Source: Marsupella aquatica (taxonomy: Eukaryota; Plantae; Marchantiophyta). Taken from it: DNA of 64,000 bases. Both the position numbers and the translations under genes were made by a program. A model generated the notes under the pieces. The model was not told the origin of the DNA, ran no database searches, and worked only from the letters and a program-made list of their open reading frames with translations. This document shows positions 25,700 through 35,859 of the stretch, one piece after another; the stretch's first letter is position 1, and every line of letters begins with the position of its first letter. Where the stretch lies: contig OZ316898.1 of assembly GCA_973895155.1 (NCBI GenBank), positions 18,673,292 through 18,737,291 on the forward strand. Reading direction: 5' to 3'.

Positions 25700-27930
25700 A
25701 ACTCAGCATGTTTTTATTGGTGCGAGATAATCAAACAGGTTTATTTCAAAGATTCCTTACTCTGGAAGCTTAACTGAAATGGCTAAAGCCTCCGGATCAA
25801 TTTTGCAGATGCATCGAGTCTCCGGGAAGCTCTAAACATATAGACAGGATTATTTGCTTGCTCAAAGATGGTTCTCTCATAGGTCATCTGAAATTGAAGG
25901 ATCCTGGCTGTCGTCTTTGTAGATTAATCACGGGAAAATTCTATAGGAAGTAGTCTGTACCCTGGCTGTCATCTTCGTAGATTAATCAAGTGAAAACAGT
26001 GTAAAGATATGACTAGTTTTGTCAGATGAAGTAGATTGTATCAAATGGTAGTTATTCTTCGGTCTTGGGAACCGTTGGGGATATTCAACTGTGGCATCGT
26101 CATAGAGGCAGCCGTCAGATGAGAAGTGTTTTGGTTCCAATTCATATCTCTTTGAGCAGCTCGTCTTGGGATAATTCCTGATAATCAGGATTATTTTTGT
26201 AAAGGCCGGCACAAGGACTTTTTTATTCGTCGAGCTTGCGTAAGTAGTTCTGGGCGTGTTGCCACCTGAAACTATTTCGGATAGTGTGCATACATTCCAC
26301 ATGCCGAGAGAATTAGTGCGAAATGTCCTTCCTCTTGCTAAATGAAGTTCGCATTCACTTTGGCAGCAAGCTTCATACATGGATCTTTCTTGTTATACTG
26401 TTGGCATAAATTTCAGTCTATTCTGTGTTTGGGATGGCCTCAGGAAAACCAAAGGGGCATTGTACAAGATCGGCTTGATTATGCGACTCTATTCAGTGGA
26501 CGGTAATTGACTGATTCCAAAGATGTTACCAAGCAGGAACAGCCCATTGCTTACCAATATGTGAATTCGTACTCAGTTAGTGGCAGCATTTGCTGCTCAC
26601 ATATCTTCTCACAATAATTTATTGTCCTGAGGCGATATTGTGATGGATACTTGAATATGTACTAGATGGAATCCAGGTCTCAGAGTAAACCCTGAAATAC
26701 TTGAAGTTTCCTGACAGTACCAATGAAGGGATGAAATTTGCAAGTGGTAGGGATCCAATGGGATGGTCTTCCTCCATTGGTTCCCTATCTCCGGGCTGAG
26801 AATGTTTACTGGACGTGTGAGGAGGGAAAAGAACTTAGCATATATTGGCGATAGGCTCTCCATAACCTGGGATGTTTAATGGTAGTGCAATATGAGAAAA
26901 CGAGCATGCATTGGCGATAGCCTCGCCATAGCCTCCTACTCTTTGATTTGGACCTGCTTCCAGAAATGGCCAGTCGACGAAACTAATTGCCCCGTTCCTT
27001 TTCAAACGCACCTTCTACTACTCTTGAAGGAAGGGCATTGGCAATATTGCACAATTGCTGTCGTTCTCAAGTAAATCTTTCCCAACTATTTTGGGGCTGA
27101 CTGCAGAATAAGTCATCCTGACTTCATATTGGAATTGAAACCAGAAGAGTTAATTACTCCAAGTTTCCCTGGTAAGAACCTCTGCATATCATGCAACATA
27201 TCACTTTTGCCCGTCTGCATAGGGTTTTTCGTCGAAGACACTCTTTACAGGCCGGAGCTGAACCAGACTTAATTGGTAGTTCAACAATTCAAGAGCAGAA
27301 TCTGGATTATGGACACCTGCATCTCACTGTTGCAGCTCTTTTCTTTTTATTGACCAATTTCTGCCTTTGAAATGAGAGGGACAAGTCCCACACCGAATTC
27401 CAAATTTGTAAACTCGGACGAGTTTACTGCCATCATTCGAAAATTTTACTCAAATCTACAATCTCTCAACTACAACCATATTTGTCTGAGTTAAACAGAG
27501 GAAATCTTGAAGACTACAATATTGAACTGGAAGCACACTTGAGGCCCGCACTGTTGCAAATGTGCCATCGACAGCCACTGGAGTCGAGCCCTCAGAAAAT
27601 TTACATTAGGAGCCTCCAATTGATTCTAAGAAACTCGAACTGAAGAAAGTGAACAGTTAAGTCCGAGAGGAGATCAATAAGTGGGCAGCGAGGACCCACT
27701 AGGATACATGGGGGAGCCAGAGCTTAGCAAGCAAGGATCAACGATCCAGTACGAGTTATATCAAAGGTGGTGATCAGTCTTTACAGGAATAAAGATACCG
27801 CAGCTGGAGTGGATCCCGGAATAAATGTTTGTAACGGCAGAACTCACGCTCTCTAATATCATTACACTAAGTATGGCTACACTTAGTGAAGCGAAACTAG
27901 CTTGACCGTTTTCGACAAGAACCATTCCCT
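25700..27930 (-). pseudogene. Heavily decayed LRR receptor-like kinase relic (putative)
   Basis: Minus-strand fragments occur in RLK order: signal-peptide-like ASFASLSVAILSVMILESVSSA, LRR-like EIVDLSK...SEFTNLEF, kinase-like TVRKLQ / L(G/V)HIQ..HHN / LTEYEF, and C-lobe-like LSEII...NEVLVPALK (best seen in the paralogous copy). There are many stops and frameshifts. Confidence 0.35.
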
Positions 27931-28334
27931 TACGCCTATTGGTCATGAAAAGTCCCGCGAGAAGTTGGACACCATGCGATTGGAATTTGTTTGTAAAGGT
28001 TGGATACGCTCCCCATCCAATCAACGCAAATCTTCGCCAATAACGATTTCCCTCAACAAAGTGAATTAAATCTGCACAATTAACTAAGAGTCTACGGTTT
28101 AATGATATGATCCACCGATGATTATATAATTTAAAACCATTCAAAACTAAAAGCCAAGAATGTTACAACAAACAGTAGTGAAGTCCCAGAATTTCGTGAC
28201 TTTCAATTTGCGTCTAAAGCTATGAGCCTGTGTAACAATTAATAAATCTAACAATTTCTGAACACTGTCTGCTAAAAGCTATCTGGTCGGGTACAAGTTC
28301 GATAAAGTTCTCCCATGCTTGTTATGTAGAAGTG

Positions 28335-28952
28335 GAGCAGATTGATAAGTATGAGCTGATGGACCCCGTGGACATACTCGGGCTCCTGGGCCAAGTCCAT
28401 GGTGTGAGAGGGATTGAAGGGATCCAAATGGTCTGAACGGCGTGACGCAGTGGCTGAGCTGACTCGTCTGGCATCAGCCAAACTCCTCGCTCCCGGAGAT
28501 TACGTTGCGGTCTCTCGCTTGCTGAAGAATCTGATCACGGACGTGAATCTGGCCGTGGCCGTGCAGGCGGTACAAGCGGCTGGGAATCTAGCCAGGGGGC
28601 TACAGACGGATTACAGTTTGCTCCCTCGGCTGCTGGAGAGATTCAATTAGAGAAAGTCGGTGACGGCTGATGCAGTGATGCACACTCTGGTGACAATGCA
28701 TGGGAGTGGATCTTTCAAATCGGGAGAGAGTGTCGAGGAGGTGAGAGTGGCATGAAAGAGCAATGTTCCTTTCGGAGATCTCAATGCTTGATTTGGGTAG
28801 GGCAGTGCACGGATAACCGCAATAAAGCCATCGTTACAAAGCAGTAGAAGGAATATGCATGTTCCCCATATTGATGGAGAGCCTCAACAATGGCATTCCG
28901 GAGGTCAGAGGCGCGGCATTTGGTACCGTGGCTGCAACTGCGAAAGTAGTTG
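28335..28952 (+). pseudogene. MOR1: Intronless MOR1/XMAP215 TOG2-domain pseudogene fragment
   Basis: Translation gives QIDKYELMDPVDIL; KGSKWSERRDAVAELTRLASAK...LITDVNLAVAVQAVQAAGNLARGL; LLPRLLERFN*RK; and ILMESLNNGIPEVRGAAFGTVAATAK. These match the MOR1 TOG2 HEAT repeats. Stops and frameshifts are present and no introns are visible. Confidence 0.88.
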
Positions 28953-29482
28953 TAGAGCAAAACTACACTCGGGGCTTACGTGTAGTAATTCATGGCCACT
29001 CGGGGGCCATGGTTGTAAACCACTCGTGCTCACGCCCTCGGGAATTACATCCTACAACCCCCTTGGATTACCCTACACATTTTTTGCCAAAAGTTGCACA
29101 GATTTCTAAGAGAGATGGAATCTAGCCAAGTTTGCCCACTAAAAACAACACTGAATCGGCAGACATCTACGCATTTACAGTTTCTGCAACGTCACCCACT
29201 TACTTTACCTGACGGTATTCGTACATGTGGTATGCCCCAGGACAAGTCCCAGCGGTCAGCGACCATGGTCGTCTATTTGGTCAAGAGTGGGTAGAAAATA
29301 TACGTACACTACAAGGCTCTATAATCTCCAATGTGCTTTTCCGTTATCGCAGAGTACTTATTTGGCGTCGAGCTCATCGACCTGTCGTTCATTTGGCATC
29401 AGCGAGACTGTGATCGAGAGACGAAAGGGAGGAGGCAGGCTCGAAGAAAAATTGGGAGCTGACAGAATAAGGTTTAGCGACC

Positions 29483-32400
29483 ATGACGCATTCTCTCACA
29501 GAGCCTCTCATTCAAGGTAACGGAAGAGAGGTGTCTGTGAGAGAGGACAAGAATTTGACGCAGAAGCAGAAGGAGAGCTCGAATGCGGGTTCAGGATGGG
29601 TGGGAGCCGAGCTGAAGATGCAATTTTGGTTGGCGGCGCCGATGGTGTGCGCGAGTTTGTTGCTGTACTCGCTCAATCTAGCGTCGGTGATGTTCGTGGG
29701 GCATTTGGGGGAGCTCGCTCTGGCAAGCGCTTCGATGGGCACCTCAATTGCCAGTGTCACAGGCTTCTGCTTTCTGGTAAATTCATCTTCTCCTCCAATC
29801 CGTTCTCTGCTCCAATTCAAGTTTTTACTCGTTTGTGTTTGGTTTGTTAGCTGGAACGAAATTTATGAGATGCTCTGTATCGTTTTATCCATATCAATTT
29901 GTGAGCAGAACTAGTGAACGGAAAATAACTGACAGAATCGACACGTGGGGATTTGTATGTCTGTCAAGTCTTAGCATGAACGTTATGGTCACGCCAATCG
30001 ATTGAGAGACAGAGACTTGTGGTACTTGTTTACATGTTCTTCTCAAAAGGGAACTTCATCCATCTCATTTTTCCGGTGTCCCTTGAGATGCCTATAGAGT
30101 CGAATGGCATTCAGCTTGTGGCATCATCGTGCATTCTGGGACCTACGCTTCTGAGAGTAATTCCAAAAGTTTCGTTAAGGTCCTTCGGCACATTTCAGTT
30201 GGTGGCTCACACTCGCTGAAAGTTTGGACTGGTGACTCGGAGTCAGCTAAAGTTCAGCTATTAATCTGCCAAATGTGATTTGGCATTTTCGGTGTAACAA
30301 CAGCTAGTTGAAATGCGAACTCGTGTTTGGTTGTGCAGTTTGGAATGGCCTCAGCTTTGGAGACTTTATGTGGACAAGCGTACGGGGCCAAACAATATGC
30401 CTTGCTCGGGACCTATCTTCAACGAGGAATTGTGGTTCTGAGTGTCACCAGTGTGCCGATCGTTTTCATGTGGATGAACGTCGGTACGCTTCTTCGGGCG
30501 ATGGGGCAGGATCCTGAGATTGCAGATGGCGCTGGAGAATATGCTCGGTGGATGGTTCCGAGTCTGTTCGGCTTTGCGGTCTTGCAGCCGCTCGTGAAGT
30601 TCCTCCAAACCCAGAGCGCCGTGTTGCCAATGGCGTTGTGCTCCGCAATAGTTTTGTGCTTCCACATCCCCATCTGCTGGCTGCTCGTCTACAAGCTGGG
30701 AGTGGGTTTTAGGGGTGCTGCTCTTGCTCACGGATTATCAACGTGGTTGAATGTGACGTTCCTCGTCATCTATGTCAAATTCGGTCGTGCTTGCAAGCGT
30801 ACTTGGGTGGGCTTCACCTCCGAGGCCTTCCACGACATGAAAATCTTCTTCAAGCTCGCCATACCCTCGACGCTGATGATATGGTGAGCACATGCACCAT
30901 GCACCCTTCCAATTATCATTGGAAAGCTTCTCCGTTCTCCGTTTTCTGAAATTCATTTTACCTGACGTAGCACTTTCATCATTGTTTGCCTGTCCTTCGT
31001 CTTCTGACCGCGTTTGCGGAATGCTGATATCAATTTGTATTGGGTGTCCTTCTGGTACTGTTTAAGATTGCACTTCTTCTGCCCTTTTATACACTCGCTC
31101 TGATTCACCGATAACTGACATGTTTTTTCACGAACAGTTTGGAGTACTGGTCCTTCGAGATGATGGTGCTCATGTCGGGATTACTGCCGAATCCTAAACT
31201 GGAGACGTCGACGTTTACTATCTGGTATGGCTATTCACCGAGGGCATTCAACGATCTCGGATCGTTCAGTTCTTTCACTGTCTCAATACAGCTATCCACA
31301 GTTCTTGACTGCAAAAGGATGATCGTGAGTCAATGAAACCGCTCTGCAATGGAAGACTTTGATATAGCAGCAGGATACCAACAGCTGCTTTGCTTTCATG
31401 AAACCGATTGTCTCGTTGGCACAATTCGATAATCACTCGAATTTGCTAATGGCCAGCCGCTTCATACAACTGATTAGTAAACATGCATCTCACACAAGCA
31501 CGACAGGAAACACAGCACTAAGTCTGCACTAAGTTTTTCCGAATAGCACTAAAGTCCGCAGATGTAGAAGTATACAATAAAACAGCTATTGAAGTGTTAG
31601 GTGCCGCAACAGGAATGAAAGCAACTGATTTCTCGATGTGTGGCCGTTTGCAGCTTGAATACGATCGCTCTCCTGTACATGATTCCTTACGGGCTCAGTG
31701 CGTCTGTGAGGTGAGCTCCTCGCTGACTAACAACTTTCTGCCCACCTCACAGAGAAAATGAACACACCCAGTAACTAAGAAGCAAACAGAAAATCCCCAA
31801 AAGAAACCGTCGTTGAAGGCGAGTTGGTACACCTAAAACGGTTGCGGTTTGCTTTCGATGCTTGAAGAGTGGCTATGTCTCAGAGGCCTAGATTTCGTCG
31901 CCTTTTCATGTCCGAAGCGCAATGCTTCGTCGCTGCGTTCTATGGATATAGACCCATTACAATTCTTGTGGATTTTCTTGTGGCAAATTGCATGAAGACG
32001 GTGTCTCGAAAATTGGTCTTGAAATGCACTGATAGTTCCCTTCAGTTTAACCGACCAGATGATGGTGGTAACCTCAGATGTTCGCGGCAGGAGAAATTGC
32101 ACATCCTTTACCTGACTGATCGTGTGGGGTTTGTGCAGCACGAGAGTGTCAAACGAGTTGGGGGCTGGGAGAGCATCTATGGCAAAGAGGGCAGTGATAG
32201 TGGCACTGTCACTGGGTCTCACAGAGGGACTCATCATGTCGACCATCATGTTCTCGTTGCGGTACGTCTGGCCCAGGGCATTCACTAATGAACCTGAAGT
32301 GGTTGATTACGTCGCGACGGTGATTCCGTTTCTTTCTGTGCTCACGATTGCGGACTCCTGCCAAGGAGTTCTAAGTGGTATGTCTCTTTCATTCCAGCTC

Positions 32401-33786
32401 TTGAGCATGAATTCAACCAGTCTCAGTAGATTCTTTATACAAATCAGTCGCTCGGACTCATGGATTTTGCTTTCATATATTTCTACCTGATATCTTACAT
32501 TTAGCTGATTGTTATCAGAGTGCTAATTCTTTCATTCCAGCTGTTGGCAGTAAAATTTAGTTAGTTCTCAATGGCTAGATCCCGAATCTATATGGGATTA
32601 TTTCCTTGAACCAAATGGTATTCTTTGATTTATTTCCTGACCTGTTAACCCAATTGCGGTGAGTACAAATCGTGTTGAATCCTGTCAGGGACTGTTATTG
32701 ATGGAGCAATGATATTTTTGCAGGAGTGGCACGAGGAGCTGGCAATCAATCACTGGCAGCTGTTCTTAACCTCGGTGCATACTACGGTGTGGGCGTACCA
32801 TTGGCCTTAGTTTTGGCCTTCTATTTTCATATGAATGGACAAGTATGTAGCAAACTGGCCTGTGAGTCTGTTTGTTAAGAGCCTATAGGTTGATGAAGGC
32901 TAGCATTCATCCTTTCCGGCTTGTTGGGTGTTTGAGAGTACAACATGGTAGGACTTGCTTTCCCGGAGCTTCATTCACTTCACATCTCCGTCAAGTATAC
33001 ACTTCCCAGCAATTTTATCACTGCACCGCCTCCATCAAGGTTTACTAAAGATGCTATCTTTTCTTATTGTAACAGGGTCTTTGGATTGGGTTGATAGCCG
33101 CTGTTTCTGTCCAGGCAGCAGGACTTCTGCTTATTTCTATCTACACAGATTGGGAGAAACAGGTGACTTAATTACTCATCAACGTGAAACGTCTTAACAC
33201 AGGCGCTTTCTTGCCCAGTACAGTATTTCGTAATTGAATTGAATGTTTCTGATCTCCCTGCCGTTGCTTTCAGTTGAAGCGGAAGCAACTGCGATGGTCA
33301 AATAATGACTAACCTCAATTCTAGTTTATGTGGCAATATGCTCATAATAAAATTGGAACTGAAAGCGTAACTCCCAAGCTAGAGCCTGGACGCTAATGTG
33401 TTGAGGCTCTTTAGCTACCAGTATTAATCCTGCCTTTTCCTTCCTTCATGTTTTCTCTCCCCTGCTGGTACCACGCACTGACAAGTGCTTTGTTATCTGG
33501 ATATACAGGCTCAAAATGCGCTGGATCGGGTATTTGCTGACCGGCTGCCAGAAGATCACATTGTAGTTCATAAAGTGAGTTCATCTCTCAGACCCAGAAT
33601 AGAAGGAAAAACACATGCATCTTGTGTGAAATGGTCTCATTGAAAGTCCGAGCAACTAAGACCAATTTTCTTTCATCAAGCTCCGAACGGCCGTGTCAGT
33701 GCAATTTCTAACAATAATGTATGGTCAATTGCGTTCAGGACGGCTCTGAATCGCGGTTCATTCAGCAGAGCGAGATACATAATTGA
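29483..33786 (+). CDS. MATE/DTX efflux transporter copy 4, ~513 aa, 9 exons (29483-29776, 30339-30883, 31138-31224, 31654-31710, 32139-32377, 32724-32842, 33076-33162, 33509-33574, 33739-33786)
   Basis: This is a close paralog of copy 3, introns included. Splice sites are GT-AG, the exons sum to 1542 nt, and the frame is open to TGA at 33784-33786. Confidence 0.95.
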
Positions 33787-33899
33787 TTACCGTTAGTTCA
33801 TGCATTTGACGAGAATTCTAAGGGCACTATGGATGGATCCTCCAAAGCTCAAATGGGATAGGATCCTCGCCATGAAACTATCTATGGGCCAGGTTCAAA

Positions 33900-35127
33900 C
33901 GAAACTCAGCATTTTTTCTGGTGCGAGATAATCAAAGAGGTTTATTTCAAAGATTCCTTAAGCTGGAAGCGTACCTGAAATGGCAAGCCTCCAGATCAAT
34001 TTTGCAGATCCATCGAGTTTCCGGGAAGCTCTAAACATAGACACATTTGTTTGCTTGCTCAAGGGAAACCTCTGTAAACATATGACCAGTTTTGTCATAT
34101 GAAGTAGATTGTATCAAATGATAGTTGTTCTTCAGCCTTGGGAACAGTTGGGGAAATTTTACTGTCTGGCATTGTCATCGAGACAGCCGTCACATGAGAA
34201 GTGATTTGGTTCCAGTCATATCTCTTTGATCAGCTCGTCTTGGGATAATTCCTGATATTAATATTAATTCTTTTAAGGCCGGCACGAGAACTTCATTTTT
34301 CGTTGAGCTTGTGTTAATAGCTCTGTGGGTACTGCCACCTGAAATAATTTCGGATAGTGTGAATAGACCCCACGCGTCGAGAGAAATTAGTGCGAAATGT
34401 CCTTCCACTTGCTAAAGAAAGCTCGCGTTCACTATGGCAGGAACGTACATGGATGTTTTTGGCTGTCCTATTGGCATAAATTTCAGTCTAGTCTATGTTT
34501 GGGATGTCCCTTGGGATGTCCACAAGGGACATCGACTTAATCTATGGTACAAGATCAACTTGATTATGCAAACTGTATTCAATACACAGTGATTCACCAA
34601 GCAGGAACATCCCATTACTACATTCCCTGAACTCTTTGCAGTGTTGGCGGCAGCATTTAATGCTCACGTATCTCACAACGGTAGAATTTAGAGTTCGCAG
34701 TCGACATTGTGATGTATACTTGAATATGTCCTAGATGGAATCCCGGAATTCGCAAAACAAATCCTGAATTTCTTGAAGTTTCCTAAGAGTAGCAATGAAG
34801 GGATGAAGTTTGCAAGTTTGCAGGGATCCAATCGGTTGGTCTTCCTCCGTTGATCTTCCCTATCTATGCCGGGCTGAGACGGAATGTTTAATGAACGTGT
34901 GATAAGGGAAAAAGAGCTAGAATAGTTTGGCGATAGGTTCTCCATGGCCTGGGATGCTTAATGGTAGTGCGGTATGAGAAATAAAAAACGAGCATGCATT
35001 GGCGATAGCCTTGCCATAGCCTCCTACACTTTGATTTGAACCTGCTTCCAGAAAATCCCAGTCGACGAAACTCATTGCATGGATTGATCCTTATAAACGC
35101 ACCTTCAACTACTCTTGAAGGAAGGGC
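33900..35127 (-). pseudogene. Second, 5'-truncated copy of the decayed RLK relic
   Basis: It is colinear with 25700-27036. The ~1 kb equivalent to 27036-28050 is missing at about 35127. Confidence 0.33.
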
Positions 35128-35859
35128 TTTCTCTCAATAAAGTGAGTTCAGAATTTGCAAAATTAAGTTAGAGTCACGGTTTAGGATCCACCGATGATCA
35201 TATAATTTGAAACTATTCAACACTAAATGCCATGAGTGTTACAACAAACAATTGTGCAGTCCCAGAATTTTGTGAATTCCAATTTGTGTAGGCTATGAGC
35301 CTGTGTAACAGTTGTCAAAAATAATAAATCTGTACAAGATTATCCTTACACTCTACCAATTTCTAAATGTTTTGTTTGCTAAGATCTATGTGGTCGGGTC
35401 AAATAGGAGAAAACTTGAAAGGTCATCCGAAACACTTACACCCTTGTTTGACCGCCTAGGCTAACACGAAATGTGTACAATTGTTGGGACTAACTTGAGG
35501 ACTAACTACGTCTCTCAAACCAATCGAGAATGAAGACGGAATATAAAATTCAGCCAACCCGAGAGCGATAATCAAATGTGTATTTTGGTCAACGCCAAAA
35601 AGGATGATGTACGGGTGCATCCTGATGGTTCCTTCCTAAAACCTATGGTAAATATGGACATGAGGAGGTGTTTGCTACGGTAGCTAATGCAATCCTCCAA
35701 TCAGTAAACATTGAAGAATGAAAGTGTTTTTCAAAATTGATTCATGGTGAAATGGACCTACGAATCAGATGAGCTTTGATCTTCCCCTGGACTAGGGGAG
35801 ACGTGATGTTGAAGTCTAGTAACCGTAAGAATTGATGAAACTGGCAAGCTGTGGTTGAT

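Noticed and set aside
505-32490. Many 60-160 aa ORFs antisense to or overlapping MATE exons (e.g. 505-849, 23690-24136, 31833-32285)
   Set aside because: They are shadow ORFs of coding exons, and their repetition reflects the gene duplication.
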